In this document: positions 28,203-37,030 of the stretch, piece after piece
Layout of the letters: every line of letters starts with the position of its first letter
How positions within the stretch are numbered: the stretch's first letter is position 1
Sequence record: OR352946.1
Length of the DNA: 64,000 nucleotides
DNA from: Escherichia phage AV116
Reading direction: 5' to 3' (one strand)
Position numbers and translations under genes: made by a program
The notes under the pieces: model-generated
What the model saw: only the letters and a program-made list of their open reading frames with translations
Told to the model about the DNA's origin: nothing
Databases searched by the model: none

Positions 28203-28564
28203 TATAGACTCTCAGTAAAGGTACGAGCGATAACGTCGCGCTGCTGTTCCGGAGTCAGAGAGTTAAAGCGAACTGCATAACCGGATACACGGATGGTCAG
28301 CTGCGGATATTTTTCTGGATGCTTAACTGCATCTTCTAGAGTTTCACGACGCAGAACGTTAACGTTCAGATGTTGACCACCTTCAATTTTAACTTTAGGT
28401 TGATGTTCAATTTCAATTTCACGGGCATGCAAACCGTAGAAAATTTCCGGGTCTACAATAGTGTCTTCTTTAAAAGTCTTAGAGACAATAATCCGGGCTT
28501 GAGTACCATCTTCAAAATAAATAGTGCCTTTATGTGCACCTTCAAGAATTTGATATGCTTTCAT
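28202..28564 (-). CDS. autonomous glycyl radical cofactor GrcA/YfiD-like (T4 Y06I-like)
   Basis: C-terminal approx 60 aa ([60 protein letters not shown]) match E. coli GrcA as I remember it, including the RVSGY glycyl-radical motif. Confidence 0.85.
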   Translation of the reverse strand: MKAYQILEGAHKGTIYFEDGTQARIIVSKTFKEDTIVDPEIFYGLHAREIEIEHQPKVKIEGGQHLNVNVLRRETLEDAVKHPEKYPQLTIRVSGYAVRFNSLTPEQQRDVIARTFTESL

Positions 28565-28570
28565 ATAACC

Positions 28571-28879
28571 TCAATTAGAAAATAAATTTATCCAAGTTTT
28601 TTCTTTAATCAAAAATGGGTCGGAATTAAACGCCATTAAACTTTGAGTGATTAATCCCTTAAATGGCCCATCAATAAATTCCATTTTGAAATGCGGAATA
28701 CTAGTCATCAACCGTGCATTAGGAGCAGTACAAAGAACCTGCTGCCCTGCGAACGGACCTTTAGTCAAACGATATCGTTTAGGTTTAAAATGGTAAATCT
28801 CGTAATTTTCTACAAGAGCCCTTTTATTGCATACTGGGCTGTTATAACAATACTCAAAAACTTCAATAGTGGTCATCAT
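28571..28879 (-). CDS. hypothetical cysteine-containing protein (vs.7-position)
   Basis: ATG at 28879 in ATGA overlap with upstream stop. Confidence 0.4.
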   Translation of the reverse strand: MMTTIEVFEYCYNSPVCNKRALVENYEIYHFKPKRYRLTKGPFAGQQVLCTAPNARLMTSIPHFKMEFIDGPFKGLITQSLMAFNSDPFLIKEKTWINLFSN

Positions 28880-29415
28880 TGCATTCCAATCACAAAAAAT
28901 TGAGGACGAGCAATACCGCCGATGCAATATTTGCTTTTGCAACAGTGTTGGACTGTTTTAATATGGACATTGTAAATCTTATCCATATCAGGAGCTTTAA
29001 TAGGCTCGTCAATTATGTACAGAATACGAGAAAGCGTTAATCCACGGAATTTAGAACCTTCATTGCCAATAAAACTACGAACAGAATCAGTAAATAAACG
29101 GAATCGAATATCGTCGCTAGAATAACGAGAAAATTCTTTTTTAATGTTGCCGGCAGAAATTTTAGCATAAGCTGAAGTATTAGAAAGAACAATAACTGTT
29201 CCACCATCATACAGCCAATTAACAGCAAAATTAGTTACTGCGGTCGATTTACCTGATTGTCTGCCGCCGTCTAAACGAAGTGTACAGTACTGCTTGAGTA
29301 CGTCTTCAAATGGTGGGACATAACCGTTCTTACAAATTTCTTCTACTCTAGCATCAGAATGGTGTGTAAAAGCATTCATCAGGGATAGATAAGGACCAGT
29401 TAAAAATGTTCTCAT
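28876..29415 (-). CDS. small P-loop NTPase (vs.8-position)
   Basis: Walker A GGRQSGKST; Walker B-like ILYIIDEP. Confidence 0.5.
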   Translation of the reverse strand: MRTFLTGPYLSLMNAFTHHSDARVEEICKNGYVPPFEDVLKQYCTLRLDGGRQSGKSTAVTNFAVNWLYDGGTVIVLSNTSAYAKISAGNIKKEFSRYSSDDIRFRLFTDSVRSFIGNEGSKFRGLTLSRILYIIDEPIKAPDMDKIYNVHIKTVQHCCKSKYCIGGIARPQFFVIGMQ

Positions 29416-29496
29416 TTAGTTTCTCTTTTAGGTTGGGCCATTCCGTGGCGCATGAATTGTCCATTTCTGTATTTACCCCTCCAAGTAATTATGAAT

Positions 29497-29526
29497 ATAC
29501 TATCACAATTCTAGGAGAAAGTAAAC
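29497..29526 (-). promoter_or_regulatory. T4-type early promoter-like element
   Basis: minus strand GTTTAC-N18-TAGTAT. Confidence 0.45.
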
Positions 29527-29528
29527 TG

Positions 29529-29831
29529 TTATTTACCTTTAATTACTTTAGCTGCTTCGATAGCCGCTTGCTGAAGGTCATCCATAGACATACCAAATTT
29601 AGAAGCAAAGTTATCAATTTTCTTTTCGACAGCATTCAAAGGCTTGGCCTGTTTACCTTCATTAGCGCCAGGAAGAGCGAGAATACGCTCTTTGTCAATA
29701 TAAAGGCTTACAAGTTTCTTACGGTCTTTATCGGACAAATCATGAAATGAATGGGCCTTTTTATTTATAGCGGCTTCTAATTTACCTGCACTCACTCGCG
29801 CTTCAGTAATAAATTCTTGATATGTTTTCAT
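29529..29831 (-). CDS. internal protein with capsid-targeting sequence (IPII/IPIII-like)
   Basis: N-terminus MKTYQEFITEARV is the T4 internal-protein capsid-targeting sequence with L-x-E prohead protease site. Confidence 0.65.
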   Translation of the reverse strand: MKTYQEFITEARVSAGKLEAAINKKAHSFHDLSDKDRKKLVSLYIDKERILALPGANEGKQAKPLNAVEKKIDNFASKFGMSMDDLQQAAIEAAKVIKGK

Positions 29832-29861
29832 TTTTGTTTCCTTGTTTGTTTTGATAGAGTA

Positions 29862-29891
29862 ATTATACCATATTAATACTTAAGCGTAAAC
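29862..29891 (-). promoter_or_regulatory. T4-type early promoter-like element
   Basis: minus strand GTTTAC-N18-TATAAT. Confidence 0.5.
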
Positions 29892-29894
29892 AAT

Positions 29895-30155
29895 TTAAGC
29901 TTTACCGCCAGAAATAATTCCGAAGTTGTTAAAATCGTATCCAATATCGTCAACATCTACTTTAGGACTTACTACAACATAAGCAATTTCACTACGTTTT
30001 GCATAGGTGTTGATTTCTTTACCATCGCCACCTAAGAAAGAATACCCATTACGTTTTAATGAGCCAAAGTCTTCGGCATCACCAATGAAAGCTTTAACTT
30101 TAAATTTAGGACCTTTGGCATCTGCTTCAGCGATAAATTCTTGATACATTTTCAT
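29895..30155 (-). CDS. internal protein-like (capsid-targeting sequence), glycine-rich
   Basis: N-terminus MKMYQEFIAEA. Confidence 0.55.
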   Translation of the reverse strand: MKMYQEFIAEADAKGPKFKVKAFIGDAEDFGSLKRNGYSFLGGDGKEINTYAKRSEIAYVVVSPKVDVDDIGYDFNNFGIISGGKA

Positions 30156-30161
30156 TTTTCC

Positions 30162-30575
30162 TTAGTAAATTGATTTACCATAGTATTTGTACCAAGTCGG
30201 ACGTTGAGCAATTTTTTCATCTAAGCGTGCTTGACTTATCGCAATGGACGCTTCAGACGGGACGTAATTATTACGAAATTCTATAGGAATGTCGGAAATA
30301 TCCTGGACAGTCGTGTCCTTGATTTTGAAACCACGTTTCAAACATTCGGCTATTAGCTCGATTTGACGTAAACGTAAAAATTCGAGTTTGTCGTAAAAGA
30401 ATGTTACGTGACCTGTGCCTAAGATAAATGTTGGAGAGATTTTAAAATCCTTTACACGTTTACCGTTTTGAACATGTTTACGGACTGCACCAAATACGCG
30501 TGGTAATTCACGATACTCAGCCATAAGATGTTGGTCGGTCAGTTCAGAAACAAGTGTTAAATTGATACGGGTCAT
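30162..30575 (-). CDS. denV: endonuclease V (pyrimidine dimer DNA glycosylase) DenV
   Basis: from [12 protein letters not shown]; near-identical to remembered T4 endo V. Confidence 0.9.
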   Translation of the reverse strand: MTRINLTLVSELTDQHLMAEYRELPRVFGAVRKHVQNGKRVKDFKISPTFILGTGHVTFFYDKLEFLRLRQIELIAECLKRGFKIKDTTVQDISDIPIEFRNNYVPSEASIAISQARLDEKIAQRPTWYKYYGKSIY

Positions 30576-30603
30576 AATTTCCTCCAAGTAGTTGATGAAT
30601 GTA

Positions 30604-30632
30604 TAGTATCAAAGTCCTTGGAGGAAGTAAAC
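30604..30632 (-). promoter_or_regulatory. T4-type early promoter-like element upstream of denV
   Basis: minus strand GTTTAC-N17-TACTAT. Confidence 0.45.
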
Positions 30633-30633
30633 A

Positions 30634-30915
30634 CTATTTTTCTGAAGCGCCTGAAATATATTTTTCAAGACGCTGTTTCATCAACGAGCCGTTCTTAGCG
30701 ATTTCTTCCGGTTTATCGCACATACGCAACAATGCTTCAAGCTTAGCGATATCGCTGGTACGTTCAAATTTGCGAGTATCTATCTTACTAGCAAGTTCAG
30801 AAATACGTGCTAATAGACTTTCAGCTTCAACCAAAGCTGCACCTAGCTTAGTTGCAAATGTGTCAGTAGCTTCGTTAAGAATAGATTCTGATAAAAATTC
30901 ACTATATGTTTTCAT
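30634..30915 (-). CDS. internal protein-like (capsid-targeting sequence)
   Basis: ATG at 30915 gives [11 protein letters not shown]; ATGA overlap with lysozyme stop. Confidence 0.5.
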   Translation of the reverse strand: MKTYSEFLSESILNEATDTFATKLGAALVEAESLLARISELASKIDTRKFERTSDIAKLEALLRMCDKPEEIAKNGSLMKQRLEKYISGASEK

Positions 30916-31400
30916 ATATACGCTTTCCAAGTTCCTGTTTTAAATGTTGAGATTACGCGTTTCGCGCGATTAGGTGTCTGACGATACCATTTAGATTGGG
31001 CTAGATTTACTGCCGCTTCATCCCAACGTTTCTGTTGAAGCATACGAAGAGAATTAGTAAAACCGGCGACTCCTGCTACACCCATTTGGAAGACCATATT
31101 GACCAATGCACACCGACGAACTGCATCTAAAGAATCATATACCGGTTTAAGTTTAGCATTACCCAAGATTCCGCGGACGGCTTTATCAACGTCTTCATTA
31201 AATAGCTTTTCAGCCTCATCAAGGGTAATTGTACCGTTGCATTTACGACCGATCATTCTGTCAAGTTCAGCTTTAGCTATGGCTAAAGACGGGTTCTTTG
31301 TTACTAAATGGCCTATGCCAATTGTCCAAAAGCCTTCAGTGTCTTTGTATAAAGTCAGTCTAAGACCTTCGTCATTACGAAGCATTTCAAATATATTCAT
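30912..31400 (-). CDS. e: endolysin (T4 lysozyme e)
   Basis: from [31 protein letters not shown]; GGGAGG SD. Confidence 0.95.
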   Translation of the reverse strand: MNIFEMLRNDEGLRLTLYKDTEGFWTIGIGHLVTKNPSLAIAKAELDRMIGRKCNGTITLDEAEKLFNEDVDKAVRGILGNAKLKPVYDSLDAVRRCALVNMVFQMGVAGVAGFTNSLRMLQQKRWDEAAVNLAQSKWYRQTPNRAKRVISTFKTGTWKAYI

Positions 31401-31434
31401 AATACCTCCCACGTTTATAGGAGGTATTTATTAC

Positions 31435-31893
31435 TTATAGGAGGGTAGTGAGCACCTTATATAATGATTTGCCCATTACATATTCCCATTGAGAAGGTTT
31501 AATTAAAGCGAATGCATCAAATTCAGGAATCTGTCGTCCGTCTGGGAATGTATGATAGGAATTACAAACACTGTTTCTGAATTGCTCGTGCTCTACAGGG
31601 ATGGTATATAGGAACAGATGAATATTCTTATTGTCTGAGTAATGATGTTCACCTAGGTCTTTCAGGAAGGCAGGGTCATATTGTGTAAACCCAGTTTCTT
31701 CTTCGCATTCGCGAATAGCGGCTTCAATAGGAGATTCGCCAGGTTCGACACGGCCTTTAGGAATATCCCACCGATGAGCTAAAGAACCTTTAGGACGAGA
31801 ACCAGTTACACGCCCCATGAATAATTCTTTATCTTCGGTAAGGAAAATAATACCGGCTGATAGTTCTTTCACTTTATTTTTCTTACTCATCAT
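31435..31893 (-). CDS. nudE: Nudix hydrolase NudE
   Basis: Nudix box GRVEPGESPIEAAIRECEEETG. Confidence 0.85.
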   Translation of the reverse strand: MMSKKNKVKELSAGIIFLTEDKELFMGRVTGSRPKGSLAHRWDIPKGRVEPGESPIEAAIRECEEETGFTQYDPAFLKDLGEHHYSDNKNIHLFLYTIPVEHEQFRNSVCNSYHTFPDGRQIPEFDAFALIKPSQWEYVMGKSLYKVLTTLL

Positions 31894-32119
31894 CTCGGTC
31901 CCATGATTTGGCCATTAATTCGGACATAAATTCTTCAATGCGCGTTTCTTTAGATGGACTTTCACTATTAGAGACCGCAAGTTTGTAATCTGCAATAGGA
32001 CAGAACATATCAAGGTCCATATTAAGGTCGTCTTTGATTTTTTCTTCTGACACATCTTTATCGTATGTGTACAGATAACTATCACATGATTCTGATTTAA
32101 TGTAAATTGCTATACTCAT
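31883..32119 (-). CDS. hypothetical acidic protein
   Basis: ATG at 32119 in ATGA overlap. Confidence 0.4.
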   Translation of the reverse strand: MSIAIYIKSESCDSYLYTYDKDVSEEKIKDDLNMDLDMFCPIADYKLAVSNSESPSKETRIEEFMSELMAKSWDRDDE

Positions 32120-32340
32120 CTCAAATTCCTGCATTCGGTAATAAAACGTTCAACTTCATTATTCTTGTCTTTATGTTCTTGTAAACTACTTTTAATAAGA
32201 TTAATAATGATAGCGACAGTGCCGCCGCCAATGATGCCACCAATAATACTTACGATAGTAGATGTTAATAAGATAGCAATAATATCAACAAAACCGAAAG
32301 AACTCACCTTAGTACTAAAAAAACCATATAGACGGTACAA
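32116..32340 (-). CDS. small membrane protein with C-terminal F-I-T-E-C-R tail
   Basis: hydrophobic core IIAILLTSTIVSIIGGIIGGG; tail ERFITECRNLR. Confidence 0.45.
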   Translation of the reverse strand: MYRLYGFFSTKVSSFGFVDIIAILLTSTIVSIIGGIIGGGTVAIIINLIKSSLQEHKDKNNEVERFITECRNLR

Positions 32341-32584
32341 ATATAATCCATCCTGTTATCCATTGGCACTTATTGAAAAACTTTTCAAGCTCAGCTTGAG
32401 TTGTTCGTATTACTTCATCGATAGGTTGATATCCGTTAATGTATCTGTTCACGATAATACCTGCTGACTGGTCGATTTTAAATTCTTGGCAAATATGTTT
32501 CACTAAGTATGATGGACATCCTGTCCAATCTACTGAATAGTATGAAATACCTTCATTGCCGTCGTCTATATTATTGTTAATCAT
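32315..32584 (-). CDS. hypothetical protein
   Basis: 89 aa ORF; C-terminal hydrophobic segment. Confidence 0.35.
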   Translation of the reverse strand: MINNNIDDGNEGISYYSVDWTGCPSYLVKHICQEFKIDQSAGIIVNRYINGYQPIDEVIRTTQAELEKFFNKCQWITGWIIFVPSIWFF

Positions 32585-33270
32585 TACCAGCCTTCCATAG
32601 GGAATTCCAGATAAACTTGAGCATTGACACGAATTTCATTGGTAATCTTTTTAACTCGGTCTGTATTACGAGATACACGTCCGAACCAACGCCATCCGTT
32701 ACTAATTGCACGAGAACCAGTGTGCCATGTTTGCCAATCAAACTGAAGAAGAGTACGATCTGGAGCTTCCCATTTCTCTAGTTCGCCTTTTTCGATTTTT
32801 TCGAGGACTTCTTTGTGCCACTGGCGATAGATAAGTTCGCCATCAGGAATCTGACTGAACTCTGCAGTTCCTGTTGCAAAATGAGTAGGACACACATCAG
32901 CGTTAACAAGACCAAGAATATGTTCAGACAAATAGCGAGGATTGTCATAGTCAGGTTGTCCTGCAGTAATAAAATGTTGACCAACCGGAATATCCGGGCG
33001 TGGTACGTCATCATGGTGATAACCAGGAATAGCAGGATACCAAACAGGCATCAGCATGTGGACTCGTGAATCAAATACTACATCCGAGTCTTTCCAATCG
33101 TCAGGGAGATTTTGGATAAAGCTACGAGTAATTGGACCGCCATTATCAAAAGCAAAATTCAAATCGCAATTAAAGAACATAGGCTCGTTTTTAATCTGGT
33201 CATTTTTAATCGCATGAGCAAAACCACCTACTGCACGAGCTTGACTATTAAACACTTTAGAACTATTCAT
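32584..33270 (-). CDS. hypothetical protein, 228 aa
   Basis: ATG at 33270 with GAGGAAA SD; Trp/His-rich. Confidence 0.5.
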   Translation of the reverse strand: MNSSKVFNSQARAVGGFAHAIKNDQIKNEPMFFNCDLNFAFDNGGPITRSFIQNLPDDWKDSDVVFDSRVHMLMPVWYPAIPGYHHDDVPRPDIPVGQHFITAGQPDYDNPRYLSEHILGLVNADVCPTHFATGTAEFSQIPDGELIYRQWHKEVLEKIEKGELEKWEAPDRTLLQFDWQTWHTGSRAISNGWRWFGRVSRNTDRVKKITNEIRVNAQVYLEFPMEGW

Positions 33271-33271
33271 A

Positions 33272-33577
33272 TTATTTTCCTCGGCATTCTTTAATGAAAT
33301 TTTCTAGATTGGTAGATTCAATAGCTTTTTTACGAGCTTCTGCATGTTCTTCTTCGGACAATTTACATTTATAATTGACCCAGACATTATGGTCGAAACT
33401 AGTCGTGGCATATAATAACAATGCTCCAGCGAATAGCAAAAACGGTGATAAGAATACAAAACCAGGAACACCATCCATACTGTAAGCCTTTTGTAATACT
33501 GCAACAGAAAGAGCTGCGTAAAAAGGTGATGCAAATATTGTTAAAAGACCAATTCGGTTGGTTTCGCCTAATTTCAT
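33272..33577 (-). CDS. small membrane protein with C-terminal ENFIKECR tail
   Basis: two TM segments; tail NLENFIKECRGK. Confidence 0.5.
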   Translation of the reverse strand: MKLGETNRIGLLTIFASPFYAALSVAVLQKAYSMDGVPGFVFLSPFLLFAGALLLYATTSFDHNVWVNYKCKLSEEEHAEARKKAIESTNLENFIKECRGK

Positions 33578-33606
33578 AATATTCTCCTCATGTTTTAATA
33601 GGACTA

Positions 33607-33635
33607 CTATAACATAATCCTATAATTATGTAAAC
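33607..33635 (-). promoter_or_regulatory. T4-type early promoter-like element in hairpin
   Basis: minus strand GTTTAC-N17-TTATAG. Confidence 0.5.
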
Positions 33636-33647
33636 AGTTTTGCGAAA

Positions 33648-34604
33648 TTATTTGAAAGGTTTTACCATATGAAAATTTTCTTTAAACCGTTTGATGTAAT
33701 CATTTTTGCCGAGCTTATGATACATAGCCACTACTTCATAATAGTTCTCGTATGCGTACTCACGGAACCAACCGGAGGTGATGCTTGTGCAGACTTTTTC
33801 TAATGCCATCATGAAACTGGCTTCAGGGTTAATTTTAAAGTCATTAGGAATCTGAGAACGTTCTAACGCTAGTACACATGATTCTTCGTATACGCCGGCC
33901 AATTTGACCATTTCCGGTAATGATTCGAACTTCTCGCGTGAGGTCATGACTTCAGAACCATCTTTCATATAAAATGTATACGCTGGACGGTCTGTTAGTG
34001 CAATGGCTTCATGAATAGTATCATGGTCATATGTATAGATGTCATCTTTAAAGAACGCACTTTTAGAAGTGTCAAGAACTGGGTGAGCATAATTCAAGGT
34101 TTCTTTCTGGCGTTTCAGCATAATTTCAGTAAGTTCATCGTTCAGTGTAACACCTTTACCACGAAGATACTGAATATGGTTCATAGTCTTTAAAAAGAAT
34201 GGATTATTTTTCTTGAAACGATGAGACATCTTAATTGCAAGACATATCTCAGGAGTTGCCCAGTAAAACCCGTTCAAACGGTCTTTAGTCAAATTTTTCT
34301 TGGCGTATTTTAAAAGGTCATAAGAAGACGTGAAATCTTCAGGAGTGAGTTCACCGACTAATTCACGGACATTAGTGATTGCCGGAACAATATATGCTTC
34401 AAAATGAGTTTCGCGTCCATTATGGAAGCATTTGAAAACTTGGACATCAGGGTTATCTTGGTGAACATATACACCCATCATTTGATTTTTGAATGCGTTC
34501 CAAGAACCTTGGTCCGCAATAAAGTCCCAATCACTATTTTTAATAGCGCTAGAATCAATAAGACCGTGATAGTGAAGTGCACGAGAACCAATAACTAACA
34601 TCAT
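33648..34604 (-). CDS. hypothetical protein, 318 aa
   Basis: long co-oriented ORF. Confidence 0.5.
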   Translation of the reverse strand: MMLVIGSRALHYHGLIDSSAIKNSDWDFIADQGSWNAFKNQMMGVYVHQDNPDVQVFKCFHNGRETHFEAYIVPAITNVRELVGELTPEDFTSSYDLLKYAKKNLTKDRLNGFYWATPEICLAIKMSHRFKKNNPFFLKTMNHIQYLRGKGVTLNDELTEIMLKRQKETLNYAHPVLDTSKSAFFKDDIYTYDHDTIHEAIALTDRPAYTFYMKDGSEVMTSREKFESLPEMVKLAGVYEESCVLALERSQIPNDFKINPEASFMMALEKVCTSITSGWFREYAYENYYEVVAMYHKLGKNDYIKRFKENFHMVKPFK

Positions 34605-34632
34605 AATATTTTCCTCGGATTAATTCATTAAC

Positions 34633-34884
34633 TTAAATTTCACGACATGCGATATTATATTCATCCCAGAGGTCATCATGTGAAGCTTCTACCAATGGAA
34701 CGATTGTACCGTTTATGTCTTCATTATAAGGGCAAATTGTACAGTGCGCATCTTCGAATCGGATGCCTTTGTGTTCAGATTTTTTATAACGCATATCGAA
34801 TATCTTTGCAAACTTTTCACGAGTAATAGTTTTAGCAACCACTTTGGTTCCAATACTTTCGTAATAAATCATTGTGGACTCCAT
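34633..34884 (-). CDS. hypothetical protein with C-terminal N-I-A-C-R tail
   Basis: 83 aa; CTICPY and C-terminal EYNIACREI. Confidence 0.45.
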   Translation of the reverse strand: MESTMIYYESIGTKVVAKTITREKFAKIFDMRYKKSEHKGIRFEDAHCTICPYNEDINGTIVPLVEASHDDLWDEYNIACREI

Positions 34885-34901
34885 TTAATTTGATAGGACT
34901 A

Positions 34902-34930
34902 CTATAACATAGCCCTATCTTGTTGTAAAC
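34902..34930 (-). promoter_or_regulatory. T4-type early promoter-like element
   Basis: minus strand GTTTAC-N17-TTATAG. Confidence 0.5.
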
Positions 34931-34934
34931 TGTT

Positions 34935-35132
34935 TTAGCAAGAATAACTAGATGATACCCAGCCTTGAACAGTGATACTATTGTGGGATAATGAGATCGC
35001 GTCCTGGAGATTCAGACCTGCGTTATCTTCAATCCATAATGTAACTTCTTCACGTTCTTCTGTTGCAATTTGGAACAGGTTTTCCAGGGCAGCTACTGCC
35101 GTACGTACAGCACAATCTAATTCACGAGACAT
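34935..35132 (-). CDS. small protein, C-terminal GWVSSSYSC family member
   Basis: 65 aa ending QGWVSSSYSC. Confidence 0.45.
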   Translation of the reverse strand: MSRELDCAVRTAVAALENLFQIATEEREEVTLWIEDNAGLNLQDAISLSHNSITVQGWVSSSYSC

Positions 35133-35141
35133 ATTGTTTCC

Positions 35142-35414
35142 TTAGCAAGTGTGAGAAGATGCGACCCAACCACCAGTTTCGAGGCTCAGGTTGTAGTCGT
35201 ATTGGTAAACGTCGGCCCATTCAGCATAGCCGTTTTTTGTACAACGTTCAAGATCAGCTTTAAGATGTCCGGGTGAATGATAGGTTCCGCCCATACCATA
35301 AGCCGGATACAAATTAAACGTGGTGTTTTGTTTATCAGCAATTTCTTTGGCAGCCTCAATAGCTGCATAGATTTTTGCTACAGCTTCAGCCAGTTCGGTT
35401 TGTTCTTTAGACAT
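35142..35414 (-). CDS. small protein, C-terminal GWVASSHTC family member
   Basis: 90 aa ending GGWVASSHTC; paralog of 35424..35729. Confidence 0.45.
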   Translation of the reverse strand: MSKEQTELAEAVAKIYAAIEAAKEIADKQNTTFNLYPAYGMGGTYHSPGHLKADLERCTKNGYAEWADVYQYDYNLSLETGGWVASSHTC

Positions 35415-35423
35415 AATGATTCC

Positions 35424-35729
35424 TTAGCACAACGCAGAAGACGAAACCCAAGCACCTTCAGTAATAACGTAACCATTACCTTCACGCTTAACATCGCCAC
35501 CATTATTTTCAATTTCATTTTTCATCCACTGGGATACGATTTCACCCTTAGGATAATAAGTACGACCGCTACCATAATCACCTACAGAAAATGATACGGC
35601 ATATTGGTCTGCGATCTTTGTTGCTTCTTCTTCGATACGTTCAGCTTGATTCAGAAGTTTATAAATTGCATCTGAAGCGGATTTGGCATCATTAAACTCT
35701 GGTACTTTAATTTCAATAATCTTACTCAT
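35424..35729 (-). CDS. small protein, C-terminal GAWVSSSALC family member
   Basis: 101 aa ending GAWVSSSALC. Confidence 0.45.
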   Translation of the reverse strand: MSKIIEIKVPEFNDAKSASDAIYKLLNQAERIEEEATKIADQYAVSFSVGDYGSGRTYYPKGEIVSQWMKNEIENNGGDVKREGNGYVITEGAWVSSSALC

Positions 35730-36085
35730 TTTCTACATTCCTTAATAAAGTTTTCGATTGTTTCATTTTCACGTTTAGCTAGAAGTTCATTATAACTAAT
35801 CATTTGAGAAGCGTAAATCTTTTTATTTTTCTTGTTATGGTTTATAAAATCGTAGTAAAAATAGACTACAGTACAAAATGATGCGATGGATGCAAAGGCT
35901 TGGGTATACCGTAAGTCCTGCCATTGGTCTGTGAATCCACCAGTGTTCCCTATAAATCCTAACACAACGCCGTCAATAAGAAATCCAACTAATCCAAAGG
36001 CAAATCCCATGCCAATACTCATAATAAAAATTAGAATGTTCTCACCAAGAGAAGGCCATATGGTTAAGAGTTGAGGCTTTTGCAT
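35726..36085 (-). CDS. membrane protein with C-terminal ENFIKECR tail
   Basis: two TM segments; tail IENFIKECRK. Confidence 0.5.
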   Translation of the reverse strand: MQKPQLLTIWPSLGENILIFIMSIGMGFAFGLVGFLIDGVVLGFIGNTGGFTDQWQDLRYTQAFASIASFCTVVYFYYDFINHNKKNKKIYASQMISYNELLAKRENETIENFIKECRK

Positions 36086-36459
36086 CTTATTTCCTTAACG
36101 AATTCCATAGCTTCTTCATATTCATACTTTTTAACAGCTTCATCATACTGAGCTTGGGCTTTTGCGCACTGAACTTTCCATTCTCTTAATCGGGCTCTGT
36201 GATGACGGCCTTGGTGCCAATATCCTACCCAATTAATAGGCATTAATAAAAACGGTACAATAAGTGGTGCGACGAACATTAATGAAAATGCTGCATCAGA
36301 CGATATAACTTCACTAGAATCTAAAACAGCTCCTATAATCATAAAGATTAAAAATGCTAAAGCTAAAATAGGGCCAAATAATACTTCATTTGGGATTAAT
36401 TTACGCTTGTATTCATACGCCCAGGGCTTACTTGGCATGTATAGGGTTGGCTTTGACAT
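36064..36459 (-). CDS. membrane protein with C-terminal K-E-I-R-C tail
   Basis: two TM segments; probable ATG at 36459 (track start 36489 is TTG). Confidence 0.4.
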   Translation of the reverse strand: MSKPTLYMPSKPWAYEYKRKLIPNEVLFGPILALAFLIFMIIGAVLDSSEVISSDAAFSLMFVAPLIVPFLLMPINWVGYWHQGRHHRARLREWKVQCAKAQAQYDEAVKKYEYEEAMEFVKEIRCKSLNS

Positions 36460-37030
36460 ATTCTCTACATTCCATAATAAATTGCTCAAGGATTAAATTG
36501 TTAGTGAAATTAGGACTAACAACCATAGTTTCATAAAGCGCATCAATAGCACTTAAAGCATCAACTCTTTTAAGCAAAGGCTTGCCTTCATACATAGTTT
36601 CAGAATCGATGATTAACGTAAAGTAATATTTTTTATTATCGACTAGAACTTCTGTATCGATATAAAACATATTAGACCTCAGAAGCTTATCTCTAAAGCC
36701 ATAATAATCTTCAGAGCGTTCGCTGATATATTCCCATTCAGTGTTTAAACAACAAACAGACCACGTAGGAGCAACGAAATCAGTGAATCTAATATCATGG
36801 TCTGCAACTAGTTTAGCAATAGCTCCGATATCATGAATCATAATACCTGGGGCTAATAAAGATTTTCTGCTATGGCTAGCCGTTTTCTCGGTGGTCTCAT
36901 AAGAAGACGACCAGTACCATTTACGTCCAGTTGCAACATATCGTAATGAATCAACTAAAGACGTAGGTGGATTTACCTTATCTCGGAACTCTTCGAACAT
37001 TGAGTCAATATCATTATTTTGGTTTCGCAT
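36428..37030 (-). CDS. hypothetical protein with C-proximal F-I-M-E-C-R motif
   Basis: ATG at 37030 (MRNQNND...); ..EQFIMECREYVKANPIHAK. Confidence 0.45.
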   Translation of the reverse strand: MRNQNNDIDSMFEEFRDKVNPPTSLVDSLRYVATGRKWYWSSSYETTEKTASHSRKSLLAPGIMIHDIGAIAKLVADHDIRFTDFVAPTWSVCCLNTEWEYISERSEDYYGFRDKLLRSNMFYIDTEVLVDNKKYYFTLIIDSETMYEGKPLLKRVDALSAIDALYETMVVSPNFTNNLILEQFIMECREYVKANPIHAK

